Below, piece after piece: positions 46,501 through 56,483 of a stretch of DNA of 64,000 nucleotides; the stretch's first letter is position 1; each line of letters starts with the position of its first letter. The stretch is taken from positions 224,001 through 288,000 of the forward strand of contig CAXXIA010000001.1 in assembly GCA_963666985.2 (NCBI GenBank), in the 5' to 3' direction. A program made the position numbers and the translations under genes. Below the pieces are notes generated by a model. It worked only from the letters and a program-made list of their open reading frames with translations, was not told where the DNA came from and searched no databases. The stretch is from Spirochaetia bacterium. GTDB taxonomy: Bacteria > Spirochaetota > Spirochaetia > DSM-2461.

Positions 46501-48458
46501 TTTTTTTGCTGATCTTTGAGGCCCTTCTAAGAGGGGCCAAGCGCCGGGATAAAGCGGGGTCCGTAGGAGTGATTTTCGGGGCCGACCCCGCCGGCGCGGA
46601 TTTCGGCGGCATCCTATCCGGAGGTTCCGATCACTTCCATCCCGAGGTTGATTCCGCTGTCGCGCGGAGCACAACAGTCAGCGGGGAGTCTTCTGAAAAC
46701 TTTCCCGAGACCGGCATCAATCGATCCTCCTCGGGCATCGGCGAAGCTTCCCTCAAAACCGCCGATGAGCGTGATGCCGACCAGAGCGCCGCCCAGACCA
46801 TCGCCCAAACCGCCGATGAGCGCCTCTGGTGGAAACACGGAGTTCTCTACCAAATCTACCCGCGCAGTTTCTCGGATTCCGACGGCGACGGCATCGGCGA
46901 TCTTGCCGGACTGACGGACAAGCTTGATTATCTGCGGAATCTCGGCGTGGACGGCCTTTGGCTTTCGCCGATTTATCCGTCGCCTATGGCCGATTTCGGC
47001 TACGACATCAGCGATTACCGCGGTATCGACCCCGTGTTCGGCGATCTTGAGGATTTCCGAATCCTGGTGGAAGAAGCCCATCGGCGGGGCATCCGGATGA
47101 TTATGGACATGGTCTTCAATCATTCTTCCGACCGTCATCCCTGGTTTCTGGAATCCCGATCTTCAAAGGCATCGCCGAAACGCGATTGGTATGTCTGGCA
47201 TCCGGGCCGGCCCTCACGGAGCAAAGGCGGGCGGCCGCGGCTTCCCAACAACTGGAGGGGCGCTTTCGGCGGGCCGGCCTGGAGCTGGGATGAAAACACC
47301 GGCGAGTATTACCTTCATTCCTTCCTGCCCGAACAGCCCGATTTAAACTGGCATAATCCCGAGGTACGGGAAGAACTCTATAACGTTCTGCGATTCTGGA
47401 TGGAAATCGGCGTCGACGGTTTCCGCTTCGACGTGATCAATTACATCGCCAAAGATCGGCAATTTCGAAACAACCCGTACCGGATTCATAAGGCTCTGCC
47501 CCGGCGCTTTGAACAGCAGGATCATATTTTCGACCGCTGCAGGCCGGAGTCGCATCTGTACCTGAAGGAACTGCGGAAGGTTCTTGATGAGTACCCCGAA
47601 AGGATGAGTATCGGCGAGGTGTTTCCCAACGAAGGGATTATTGATCAGAAAGCGAGCGCGGCTTATCTCGGGAATGCGGAGTCCGATGGTGAGAAAGAGC
47701 TTCACATGGCCTTTGATTTTTCGCCGAATTTCGCACCGTGGAGCGCATCGTATTTCGCCCGCATCCTCGGCAGACAGTACGAAGCGCTGGAGGCAAAAGG
47801 CTGGCCGGTTCATGTTCTTTCCAATCATGATCAATCACGTTCCGCCGCACGTCTGGCCAAAGGAAATCCTGAAAAAATAAAATTGCTTCTGACTTTGCTG
47901 CTCACCCAGCGCGGTACGCCGTTTCTCTACTATGGAGAGGAAATCGGCATGACCGACGTGAAAATTCCTCGTGCCGCGCTTCAGGACCCGGTGGGCATCA
48001 AGTTCTGGCCTTTTCATCCGGGCCGCGACCCGGAGAGGACGCCGATGCAGTGGAACGGAGAGGAACGGGCCGGTTTTACCGATGGGAAACCCTGGCTGCC
48101 GATTCCGGAATCCGCGCGCTGCGTGAACGTTGGCGCACAAGAAAATGATCCGGATTCCATCCTCTCTCATACCCGCTCCCTTATTGCTCTAAGGCGGGAG
48201 AGAGCGTCGCTGAATCGGGGAAGCTGGGAACTCCTTCCCTCTCCGCGGGGCGTTTTGGCCTACCGGAGAAAGCGCGGAGAAGAAGAGACGACTGTTTATT
48301 TGAACTTCTCCCGGAGAACCAGGATTGTTTCCGTTCCCGAAAAAGCGGAAATAATTTTCAGCAGTGCGTCAACATCCTTCAAGTCCGATATATCAGATGG
48401 CATGATGCGCCTGTGTGGTTTTCAAGCGGTCCTTTTAGTATTGAAAAAGCCATCGTAA
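43509..48458 (+). CDS. lnt: Fusion protein: N-terminal exported domain + apolipoprotein N-acyltransferase + GH13 alpha-glucosidase
   Basis: Lnt: LGYPW..LG.SQ, WPES, YYKIHLVPFTE, PICFED, SNDYW, LYGRWGDW. GH13: YQIYPRSF, DMVFNH, DGFRFDV, IGEV, LSNHD, YYGEEIG. One uninterrupted frame. Confidence 0.85.
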   Translation: MTRRIIGILLFLVFAGEVLIAFHGDYSFTRKPSLIVAPIYAPGLEARDVDEIRSVLERQIALTGTHTIYPKSLIENFYLERDNTVDAFDGVFVGHDEALELGEALGVERVALVSIIRYSDRWNVSITIFDVATDQKVCFAVLETSGLDSLLRWRDRDDAPLDLLSAMDISVPGFSISAKLYLGWLAIVLCIAAFFILGDTPPRILLECLIAVGVLLALFSWIYALNGDMDYVQRFVATSGLLRIEDTSHERIATVLRYAAPLLLLGALWGLDARERIKRRPAAGGGGVGTGGGTGLGGGLPSGEAASDRPGKRRNAAAASGVILETTAPLWAALSAFLYSLALPNFLVLEGIPVLAWVATAPLYMALREVRFGRGVFLLMLFTGLQSLMINWWQGTFSYVSLPFTVALMLVQYIPFALLLAMTVRCFPAFGLLAAPLFWTMFDWTRSLGFLGYPWGLLGVSQYAHPALIQSAALGGVWMVSVLPHLTGAALAAALGPGKTSRGTIPSEMKRGMSLRSVQERVKCAINGRPLFHAVHSPRRTAASEETAALPRRHRTVPDEKGLLPRPLIRPGKDGPFLRRLILPGAALVVLLLIALAGSLTIRIRDARKEVLAAHGGRTVRILAVQQNTDPRKHDYQLSFDELSRLTEEAIAEEGPFDLVAWPESGFTPDVRFWLDEKRSRWRRGKLVRSFLDWQAETEVPLVTGTQDHFFEKAASDKGELQTPSRNGSAGNRKASTDPAGSAEPEIASDKSAALKNAAEPSSADLPTVSDAAKASEVPSETPPAGLVDPAAAKNVSVETEPPEEIKRIQNSAMYLPPHRKSDNERQYYYKIHLVPFTENFPFREEFPWVAELLHNFSTTQWTPGTEHIVFQAPAFRFSTPICFEDVFPDHLRRFARSGAEVFVNMSNDYWANTPLEGYQHAAHAVFRTVENRRPLIRATCSGWTISVDTEGRIAPDRPDFYTPGRISADFLLPSEPELTLYGRWGDWFPILCGVLWLFLLIFEALLRGAKRRDKAGSVGVIFGADPAGADFGGILSGGSDHFHPEVDSAVARSTTVSGESSENFPETGINRSSSGIGEASLKTADERDADQSAAQTIAQTADERLWWKHGVLYQIYPRSFSDSDGDGIGDLAGLTDKLDYLRNLGVDGLWLSPIYPSPMADFGYDISDYRGIDPVFGDLEDFRILVEEAHRRGIRMIMDMVFNHSSDRHPWFLESRSSKASPKRDWYVWHPGRPSRSKGGRPRLPNNWRGAFGGPAWSWDENTGEYYLHSFLPEQPDLNWHNPEVREELYNVLRFWMEIGVDGFRFDVINYIAKDRQFRNNPYRIHKALPRRFEQQDHIFDRCRPESHLYLKELRKVLDEYPERMSIGEVFPNEGIIDQKASAAYLGNAESDGEKELHMAFDFSPNFAPWSASYFARILGRQYEALEAKGWPVHVLSNHDQSRSAARLAKGNPEKIKLLLTLLLTQRGTPFLYYGEEIGMTDVKIPRAALQDPVGIKFWPFHPGRDPERTPMQWNGEERAGFTDGKPWLPIPESARCVNVGAQENDPDSILSHTRSLIALRRERASLNRGSWELLPSPRGVLAYRRKRGEEETTVYLNFSRRTRIVSVPEKAEIIFSSASTSFKSDISDGMMRLCGFQAVLLVLKKPS

Positions 48459-48695
48459 TGTTGTCTTTTGAACGCTTTTCCTTAAGAGATTAGTAATTAT
48501 TTATCCGAATAAGGATTAGACAATTATTCCTTCCAATGAAGGTGTCGCTTTGCATAAAACGATCACCAAAAACACACAATAACTCCAGAACCAGCATTGA
48601 ATTCCATGGAACCCGGACTAAAAATTAATGTGCGGGGAATTCTCTTTCTCGGCCCCATCCCATTTGGCCGCGGAAATTTGAACTGAAGGGACAGC

Positions 48696-51122
48696 ATGGC
48701 GGAAAACACTATTGTCACACGATCTAAAGAACGACAGATTCTCATTACGGTGCTTTTGGGAGTACTTTCCATAGGCTCATCGCTCTATATCGTGTTCTCT
48801 TATTTTAAATCTGTCGATACTCATATCGAGAAAATCGCGGAGAGCTCTCTGATAGGATCGTCTAAGAAAATCGACGATTGGCTTTACTCAAAGCAGAACA
48901 GTATCGATCTTATCGCAAAGAGCATCAGTTTTTTCTCCGACGATCCCGAAAGGCTGCAGCCGCTTCTGCAGATTGTCAGACAGGAAGATAAAGATTTTAT
49001 CGACATTTTCTACGGAACCGCCGCTTCTCCGAAGGATAAGGGATTTGCGGTTTACGCGACAAATTGGGTAATTCCCGAAGACTACGACTGGACGACGAGG
49101 ACATGGTTCAGAGAAGCCGTCCAAAACGGTACTTTAACCGTTATTCCTCCTTATAAGGATCTGCAGACCGGAAAGATCATCATTTCCATTTCAAAACCCG
49201 TAGCGATTAACGGACGGTTCTCCGGCGTTATTTCATCCGATATTTCAACGGATATTGTTTTGGAGATTATCCAGAATCTCTACACGGCGAATGACACATT
49301 TTTCGAATTGGTGGATGCTGAGGGACATTACCTTACAAACAACGGGTACGGAAGCTCGGCCGGATCGGATCTCTTCGATTTCGATCGGCTGGGTGAGAAT
49401 AAGGATCGGATTCTTGCCGGCGGCTTTCACATGAAATCTCGGCCGTTGAAGAACAGTTATACGGCCTATATAGGGCTCGAAAGTCTCGGATGGCTTGTTA
49501 TTGCCGACGGTTCCCTTTCAAGTTTCGAAAACGTTCGGGCAACAATGCTTCGCTTTCTGCTGGTTCTGCTGTTCATAGCGGGTTTGTTTATCTTTATGCT
49601 GCTTAGAACATGGAAAGTTAACGAGCGGCTGATTATCGCAACCGAAGCCATTGAACGGGCGAACCGGGATTTGGAAAAAACGATTGATGAAAGAACGGCC
49701 TCCCTGCGGAACATTCTCGATGCCGCTGAAGAAGGCTTCTTAACTTTCGGCGAATCCTACATTATCGATCCAAGCTATTCTCAAGGATGCCTGGAGATTT
49801 TCGGCAAGGATATCAAAGGACTTTCGGTTCCTGATGTCCTGTTCCCGGGGAGGCAGGATACAATCGAGGAGTTCCGTCAGGGATTTGACTTGTATTTCCA
49901 GGGAAAATCGAAGTCGGACATTATTTTCGACCTGACGGAGAGGCGGACGGTTATCAAAGGCCGTCAAATCAGCATTAAGTACAAAGAAACCGCGAACAAT
50001 CGTATTCTCTGCATACTGGACGACATCACTCTGGAACTGGAAGTGGCGGAAAAAAATTGCAGAGAATCTGAAACACAGATGCGGATTTTACGGGCCATTC
50101 ATAATAAGCATTTTTTCGCCCAGTATTTGGAATCTGCGGACTCCTTATTTGAAAATCTGGAGGTTTACGCGGAGAATCATCCCGTCGATGAAGAAATGAA
50201 AGCGATTATGAGAGAAATCCATACCTTTAAAGGTGACGCGGGTTTCTTCGGTTTTGGGGAAACGCAAAACATTGCCCACGAATCCGAAACGCTGATAAGC
50301 GACAGCGTTCATTTATCTATGGATTTATCCTATAAGGAAATATTAATCCAACTGCGGAAGGCTTATTTAAAAGAATTAAAAACAATTACCGATACCATGG
50401 GAGAAAACTGGCTGGATGAATCAGGCGGAGTTATCCTTCCCCGTGAGGATTTTAAGAAGCTGTCGCTGTACCTTAAGAAAAAAGATCCCGATGATAAAAA
50501 ACTGCTGTTCTATCTCGATTCGTTCCGAAAAATATCGTTGTCGGAACTTTTTTCACGACTTCCGTTCGCCGCGTCGGTGGCTGCCGAACGGTTGGGTAAA
50601 AAAATCAAACCGATGAGCATCATCGGCGGGACGCTGAGGATTGTACCGGATCGATATTTACCGCTGGTCGAAGCATGTCTTCATATCGTCAATAACATGG
50701 TCGATCACGGAATTGAGTATCCCTACGAAAGAGAAGCTCTTCAGAACCCCCCCGAAGGGAACATCGAACTCATCATTACCATTGAGAAATCGTTGCTGGT
50801 TTTGGAATTCAGCGACGACGGAAGAGGACTGAATCCAAGGATTATCGAGCATACCGCAAAACGTAAGGGGCTTATCGACGAGAATAGAAAAATGCAGAAC
50901 GCGGAACTGTTCAATATTATTTTTAAAGACGGTTTTACGACGCGGGATGAAGCGTCGATGACATCAGGGCGGGGCATCGGTCTCGCCGCGGTTAAGAAGG
51001 TTGTGACTTCATTGAACGGAACTATTGAAGTTCGCTCAAAACTGGGGAAAGGCACCACATTCGAAATTGCCATTCCGATGACGACGAATAAGAAATCCAG
51101 TCAGCATAAGGAGAATACATGA
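48696..51122 (+). CDS. Membrane sensor kinase: TM-dCache-TM-coiled coil/PAS-like-HPt-CheA-type HATPase, no CheW domain
   Basis: Cache YDWTTRTWF..PPYKD..TG; HPt IHTFKG; N-box HIVNNMVDHGIE; DDGRGL; FKDGFTT; GRGIGL; ends right after the ATPase domain. Confidence 0.85.
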   Translation: MAENTIVTRSKERQILITVLLGVLSIGSSLYIVFSYFKSVDTHIEKIAESSLIGSSKKIDDWLYSKQNSIDLIAKSISFFSDDPERLQPLLQIVRQEDKDFIDIFYGTAASPKDKGFAVYATNWVIPEDYDWTTRTWFREAVQNGTLTVIPPYKDLQTGKIIISISKPVAINGRFSGVISSDISTDIVLEIIQNLYTANDTFFELVDAEGHYLTNNGYGSSAGSDLFDFDRLGENKDRILAGGFHMKSRPLKNSYTAYIGLESLGWLVIADGSLSSFENVRATMLRFLLVLLFIAGLFIFMLLRTWKVNERLIIATEAIERANRDLEKTIDERTASLRNILDAAEEGFLTFGESYIIDPSYSQGCLEIFGKDIKGLSVPDVLFPGRQDTIEEFRQGFDLYFQGKSKSDIIFDLTERRTVIKGRQISIKYKETANNRILCILDDITLELEVAEKNCRESETQMRILRAIHNKHFFAQYLESADSLFENLEVYAENHPVDEEMKAIMREIHTFKGDAGFFGFGETQNIAHESETLISDSVHLSMDLSYKEILIQLRKAYLKELKTITDTMGENWLDESGGVILPREDFKKLSLYLKKKDPDDKKLLFYLDSFRKISLSELFSRLPFAASVAAERLGKKIKPMSIIGGTLRIVPDRYLPLVEACLHIVNNMVDHGIEYPYEREALQNPPEGNIELIITIEKSLLVLEFSDDGRGLNPRIIEHTAKRKGLIDENRKMQNAELFNIIFKDGFTTRDEASMTSGRGIGLAAVKKVVTSLNGTIEVRSKLGKGTTFEIAIPMTTNKKSSQHKENT

Positions 51123-51589
51123 AAGCACAATATGCCAATCCGTTTATCACGGCGGCGGTAAAAACGTTTAAACAAGAGCTTGGAGTCGATTTGGCTCGAA
51201 ATTCCATGAATGTGAAGAGTTCTCCGGTTCCTTCGAAGGCTCTTTCCATCATCATCGGTGTAACCGGGCTCGTGAAGGGACAAGTCGTTTATTCCATGGA
51301 TGAGAACGTCGCCCTCTCGGTAGCCAAGGCCATGCTTCCCGATCGATTGCCGGTCGAATTGAAGAAACATACCAACAGCGCGGTTTCGGAATTGGCTAAC
51401 ATCATAACCGGGCAGGCAAGTATCATACTTGCCGGAGAAACCGAACGGATTGATATTACGCCTCCGGCGGTGTTCAGCGGCGGGTCGTCGTTTATTGATT
51501 TTCTAACCATCCAAACGATATGTCTTTCCTTTCTTTCCGAAATCGGTTCGTTTGAAATCAATATCGCGCTCACGGAGGAGACCCTATGA
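51119..51589 (+). CDS. cheX: Chemotaxis phosphatase CheX
   Basis: YANPFI, IIGVTG..KG, SAVSELANIITG, ITPP. Confidence 0.9.
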   Translation: MKAQYANPFITAAVKTFKQELGVDLARNSMNVKSSPVPSKALSIIIGVTGLVKGQVVYSMDENVALSVAKAMLPDRLPVELKKHTNSAVSELANIITGQASIILAGETERIDITPPAVFSGGSSFIDFLTIQTICLSFLSEIGSFEINIALTEETL

Positions 51590-51942
51590 AAAGAGGATTG
51601 ATTGTCGATGATGCCGCGGTAATGAGAATGCGCTTACGCGACATCCTTTCTTCAAGATATATGATTGTTTCCGAAGCCGAGAACGGACGACAGGCTATAG
51701 AACGTTACAGACAATACAAGCCGGATTTCGTCACAATGGATATCTCAATGGCCGAAATGAACGGCATGGAAGCCCTCAAAGGCCTGCTCGCCGAATTCCC
51801 GGATGCCAAAATCGTCATGGTGAGTGCCGTAGGACAAAAGGCTCAAGTCTTCGAGGCTCTCAGCTGCGGAGCCAAGGACTTTATTATCAAACCTTTCGAG
51901 GTGGAAAGGGTTCTCATAGCGATAGACAGATTGTTCGGATGA
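51586..51942 (+). CDS. cheY: CheY-like single-domain response regulator
   Basis: IVDD, TMDISM, MVSA, IIKPF. Confidence 0.85.
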   Translation: MKRGLIVDDAAVMRMRLRDILSSRYMIVSEAENGRQAIERYRQYKPDFVTMDISMAEMNGMEALKGLLAEFPDAKIVMVSAVGQKAQVFEALSCGAKDFIIKPFEVERVLIAIDRLFG

Positions 51943-52060
51943 TTTCCCGACGGAAGGATTCTTTGAAGTAAAAAGTCTGCATTGGTATACTCTTTTTACA
52001 GTAGCTCTCCGCTTCCGGACTGCAAGAGCGAAGAATTCGAAAAAAGGGGTTGTCCCGGTT

Positions 52061-53278
52061 GTGTGGAAGAATAAGCAGTCGGCTTCCGGCGATTCACTGA
52101 TTAATGTGGATCTCCGCGCATGGCGGGCCAAAATCAGCGACGCTGTTTTCTTTTTCTTTACCACAATAGGTCTTGTTACCGGCATCCCCAGTGTGATTCA
52201 TTCCCTCCGCGAGGGTTTTTACGGCCTTGCTGCCGCGACGGTCGTTATTTACGTAATATGCGTTTTCCTTACCCTGGTTAGGCGTATTCCTTACGCGGTT
52301 CGGGCCGTTTTCGGAGCGCTCATTTTTTTTTCGATCGGCGTGATTCTTCTGGCGCAGGTCGGTCCCCGAGGCGTCGGCTATGTCTGGCTTTTCTCCGCGC
52401 CGATTCTGGTTTCTCTGCTTCTCGGAAATCGCGCCGGAGCGGCGGCGGCCGGGCTGACCGCGGTCATTTTGTCGGTTTTCTATCTGCTCTTGAGAAGAGG
52501 AACTCCGGCTTGGGGGCCGCATTACGGAATCGATGCGGCATCATGGCTGGTGACTTCCATCAACATCGTGCTTCTCGACGCCGTTCTCCTTCTCTGCCTC
52601 GGAATCCTTACCAGGGGATTTCGATCGCTGATTATCCGGTCGATCGAGACACGGAACGCGTCGATTGTCGGACTCGCCAAACTCGCCGAGCACCGCGACA
52701 AAGATACCGGCGACCACCTGATGCGCATTCAGAACTACGTGGTGCTGCTTGCAAGAGCTCTCGCCGAGAAACCCTCATACCGTAAGTACATTACCGAAGA
52801 CTACATCGAGGATCTTAAGATTTCGTCGATACTGCATGATATCGGTAAGGTCGGGATACTCGATGCGATCCTTTTAAAGCCCGGTCCCCTTACGGATACC
52901 GAGTTTTCGGCCATCAAAAAACATCCCGTTATCGGTGTTGATGTAATCAAGGAAATTGAAAAGGGTATTAAGGGTGTTTCCCTTTACACCTTGGGAAAGG
53001 AAATCGCGCTTTCTCATCATGAAAGGTGGGACGGAACCGGATACCCGAACGGACTTGCGGGGAACGAAATTCCCTTATCCGCGAGAATCGCCGCGCTGGC
53101 GGATGTGTATGACGCACTGACGTCGAAGCGGGTTTACAAGGATTCCATCCCGCATCTTGAGGCCGTACGAATGATAGCTGCCGGGCGGGGAACTCAATTC
53201 GATCCGGAAATTGTCGACGTGTTCCTGCGTGTCGCCGATGAATTCTCCGCGGAATCGACTCCGTATTCCGGTCACTGA
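52061..53278 (+). CDS. Membrane-bound HD-GYP cyclic-dinucleotide phosphodiesterase
   Basis: N-terminal TM bundle; TGDH..R, LHDIGK, HHERWDGTGYP, ADVYDAL. Confidence 0.9.
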   Translation: MWKNKQSASGDSLINVDLRAWRAKISDAVFFFFTTIGLVTGIPSVIHSLREGFYGLAAATVVIYVICVFLTLVRRIPYAVRAVFGALIFFSIGVILLAQVGPRGVGYVWLFSAPILVSLLLGNRAGAAAAGLTAVILSVFYLLLRRGTPAWGPHYGIDAASWLVTSINIVLLDAVLLLCLGILTRGFRSLIIRSIETRNASIVGLAKLAEHRDKDTGDHLMRIQNYVVLLARALAEKPSYRKYITEDYIEDLKISSILHDIGKVGILDAILLKPGPLTDTEFSAIKKHPVIGVDVIKEIEKGIKGVSLYTLGKEIALSHHERWDGTGYPNGLAGNEIPLSARIAALADVYDALTSKRVYKDSIPHLEAVRMIAAGRGTQFDPEIVDVFLRVADEFSAESTPYSGH

Positions 53279-54312
53279 TCGGCATCAAGCATATCGGTCA
53301 GATTCTCGCCGAGATTATCGATATTCCGTTCGACACTGAGCGCCTTGTCGCCGTAGAGGTCTTTATCGACAAACTTAAGAATCGTATCCGAATCGGTTCC
53401 GCTTCCCACGTGAATGCCGATGCTCAAACCGATTGAGATTGCTGATTTTTCGTTATGTTTATCAAGCCGCCGTCGAATGCGGCCCTTTGCATGCTGAGCG
53501 CCTTCTTCTGAGATTCCGGGCATGATGACGATGAACTCATCACCTCCGTACCGGCACACGACATCGGTTTTTCTCAGTCCTTGCTGAAGAATGGAACCGA
53601 CATCTTTGAGAACCTCATCTCCGGCCACATGGCCGTACGTGTCGTTAATCCCTTTGAATCCGTCAACATCAATCATCATGATCGCCAGATTCTCTCCGCT
53701 GCGTTTCGACCGTTCAATTTCACGATCCAGAAATTGTTGGAACGCTCTCCGGTTGTAAAGGCCGGTAAGGGCATCGATACTCGCTATCCGCTTCAGAGCA
53801 CGGACATAATACGCCTTTTCGATGGCGATCGCGGCGAAGTCGGCTATGGTTCGCAGGATGCTCAATTCGAACATGTCGAACGGCATTCCGTCGAGTTTAT
53901 TAATCAGTTCGATCACACCGAAGACTTTGCTGCCGCTCTTGAGCGGTACGCCGATAATCGATTTGGTTTCAAACTGAGTCAGTTCATCCATGCTGGAATC
54001 GAAACGTTTGTCTTTCGATACGTCTTCGATGATAAGAGCTTCGCCGTTTTCCGCAATCCATCCGGCCACTCCATGCCCTTTCGGAAGAATGCGTCCTTCG
54101 AGTTCTTCCACGCCGCTTCCGATAACGATTGCAAATCGTAATTCTCCGGTTGACGGGATTCGAAGAAGCAGCGACCAGTATGCGGGCGCGAAAACCTCAC
54201 CGATCTGCTTCATAACTTCCGAGAGTGTTTCTTTAAGAGTGGAAGCGGTTGAGATTGCTTTACCAACGTTGGTGAAGAATGAGAGTTTAACCAGTTCTTC
54301 GCTGTCTGACAT
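53272..54312 (-). CDS. GAF-GGDEF diguanylate cyclase
   Basis: GAF (GVAGW..ENG, SIIGVPL, VIELINK); DALTGLYNRR; RKTD I-site; GGDEF. Confidence 0.92.
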   Translation of the reverse strand: MSDSEELVKLSFFTNVGKAISTASTLKETLSEVMKQIGEVFAPAYWSLLLRIPSTGELRFAIVIGSGVEELEGRILPKGHGVAGWIAENGEALIIEDVSKDKRFDSSMDELTQFETKSIIGVPLKSGSKVFGVIELINKLDGMPFDMFELSILRTIADFAAIAIEKAYYVRALKRIASIDALTGLYNRRAFQQFLDREIERSKRSGENLAIMMIDVDGFKGINDTYGHVAGDEVLKDVGSILQQGLRKTDVVCRYGGDEFIVIMPGISEEGAQHAKGRIRRRLDKHNEKSAISIGLSIGIHVGSGTDSDTILKFVDKDLYGDKALSVERNIDNLGENLTDMLDADQ

Positions 54313-54738
54313 AAGCTGCCTCTACCGAATATTAATGCTGAAGCGGTCCTTTGGAATGTTATGACGGTTTCCGATTGTTCTCAAACAAATACGCAATTTT
54401 TTTTGTTTCGTCGGCCCCGAAAATCCCATTCTCAAAGGATTCTTTTCAAACCGCCCGCCGCGGCGGCCGCTGATTTCGGGTATTTACCCGGCGGCAAGAG
54501 TAATATGGTATAAAATCTCTTGCAATATCACCTTAATCGAAGAATCGGTTATTCGGCTTTATTCACAGGAATTTTAAAGAGCATGCCGAAGGATGGTCGG
54601 TATAATATCTTGATGAACGATGTGAAAAACGTTCAAGCTCTTTTCCATGAAATTGCTGAGAAGAAGATTTGTTAGGCAGTGAATAAACCAATTGATGCCG
54701 AATGGTATATCTTATCTTCATGAGGTTTCTTGCAGAGT

Positions 54739-55317
54739 ATGAACAGCGATGATTTTGTTTCGGAAGAAGAGCTTGTTTCACTGGATTTCTCATCCGACGA
54801 CTTAGTCGGCAGGCAATACGAAAAATGTCGATTTAAATCCTGTACTTTTCAGGAAACGGACCTTCGTTCCACGGTTTTTGATGCCTGTTCCTTTTTACAG
54901 TGTAGTTTTATCTTGCCGAAAGTGAACGGTCTTGTTTTACGTAATGCCGTTTTTAAAGATTCACGGCTTATAGGAATACCGTTCGGAGAATGCAATCAAT
55001 TCGGATTCAACCCTGAGTTCTCAGATTGTCTGATGGACAGCTGCGTATTTGTCGATCTCAAGATGATAAAAAAGAATATGCCGAATAATCATTTTCGAAA
55101 TTCGGACTTTATGAATTGTGATTTTCGGGAGGTCTCTTTCAACGGCTCTCGTTTCGAGAATACCCAGTTTGAGAATTGTGATCTTCGGGATGCCGATTTT
55201 CGAGAGGCCCGGGATTACCGTATCAATCCGGAAGGGAACAGAGTGAAGGGCAGCCGGCATTGTCTGCCGGGTGCTTTATCGTTTCTTCCTTTTCTCGGGA
55301 TTGAATTGGAAATCTAA
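54739..55317 (+). CDS. Pentapeptide repeat protein
   Basis: Repeats such as FKSCTFQETDLRSTVFDACSF and FENCDLRDADFREA. Confidence 0.85.
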   Translation: MNSDDFVSEEELVSLDFSSDDLVGRQYEKCRFKSCTFQETDLRSTVFDACSFLQCSFILPKVNGLVLRNAVFKDSRLIGIPFGECNQFGFNPEFSDCLMDSCVFVDLKMIKKNMPNNHFRNSDFMNCDFREVSFNGSRFENTQFENCDLRDADFREARDYRINPEGNRVKGSRHCLPGALSFLPFLGIELEI

Positions 55318-55376
55318 TCGCCGCCGTATCGGCGGAACAACTGGAAAAAAAGCACTGCTTTCGTCACAATCTGCCA

Positions 55377-56414
55377 ATGACGTCCGCTTTTCCTTTGCAG
55401 TCCCGACCTTATACCAAGCAGCCGATCAGTTTGGCCCCGATGATTGATAAAACCAATAGAGACTGGCGCTGGGTTATGCGGCGTATCACAAAGCGATCTC
55501 TGCTCTACACGGAAATGATTGCGGCCCCGGCGGTATTGAGGGGAGATCGGAAGCGAATTCTTTCTTTCGATTCTTCGGAGAAGCCGCTGGTCCTGCAGCT
55601 CGGCTGGGACGAAGCGGAGGATTTGGCCGAAGTTTGCCGAATCGCGGAGGATTATGGCTACGACGAAATCAATCTGAATTGCGGCTGTCCCAGCGACAAG
55701 GTGCAGCGCCATGACTTCGGCGCCTGCCTGATGGCCAGACCGGATCATGTGGCCCGGCTTATCGAAGCCATGTCGGGTGCCACGAGTCTGCCGATAACGG
55801 TTAAGAACAGAATCGGCATCAGATCGAAAAAAACCGGATTGAGTCTGGAAGCTTACGGGGATTTAAAGAATTTTACGCGAATCGTGGCCGGCGCCGGCTG
55901 CGGAAAATTCATCGTTCATGCGCGTATCGCGGTTTTGGAGGGATTAAGTCCGCGGGAAAATCGAGATGTTCCCCCGCTGAGGTATGACGATGTTTTTCGG
56001 CTGAAACGGGATTTTCCAGACCTTTTCATCGAGATTAACGGAGGTTTCACGGAAGCCGAGGCTGTTGATGAAGCTTTGAAATCCGTGGATGCCGTTATGC
56101 TGGGCCGCATAGCTCTCGATAATCCCTGGATGCTTTCCGGAGCCGACAGCCGGTGGTTCGGAGATTCTTCGCGGCCTCCTTCCCGCCGTGAAGTACTTGA
56201 AGTGATTCTGCCTTATTTGGCCCGGCGAGCTTGTGAGGGAGCGTCCGCGGGAAATCTTATTCAGCCTCTTATGGGATTTTTTGCTGGAAAACGAGGCGCA
56301 AAAGCCTGGAAAAGAGCCTTAACGAAGATTCCGTCCGCCTCCCCGGCGTCGTTCGAGTCCTTGCTTAGGAACGCTCTCGGTATGATGGACGGTGAGGTTC
56401 TGGATATTCGATAA
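55377..56414 (+). CDS. dusA: tRNA dihydrouridine(20/20a) synthase
   Basis: LAPM, YTEM, EINLNCGCPS, VHARIA.L.GLSPRENR.VPPL.Y, INGG. Confidence 0.92.
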   Translation: MTSAFPLQSRPYTKQPISLAPMIDKTNRDWRWVMRRITKRSLLYTEMIAAPAVLRGDRKRILSFDSSEKPLVLQLGWDEAEDLAEVCRIAEDYGYDEINLNCGCPSDKVQRHDFGACLMARPDHVARLIEAMSGATSLPITVKNRIGIRSKKTGLSLEAYGDLKNFTRIVAGAGCGKFIVHARIAVLEGLSPRENRDVPPLRYDDVFRLKRDFPDLFIEINGGFTEAEAVDEALKSVDAVMLGRIALDNPWMLSGADSRWFGDSSRPPSRREVLEVILPYLARRACEGASAGNLIQPLMGFFAGKRGAKAWKRALTKIPSASPASFESLLRNALGMMDGEVLDIR

Positions 56415-56483
56415 CGGCCGTTCTTATATCCTAAGACATATAATTTGCGCGGATGATTATGAAGACCTAATCTTTATTGAGAG

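Noticed and set aside
54739..55317. qnr quinolone resistance gene
   Set aside because: Generic chromosomal pentapeptide repeat protein; Qnr-specific features cannot be supported
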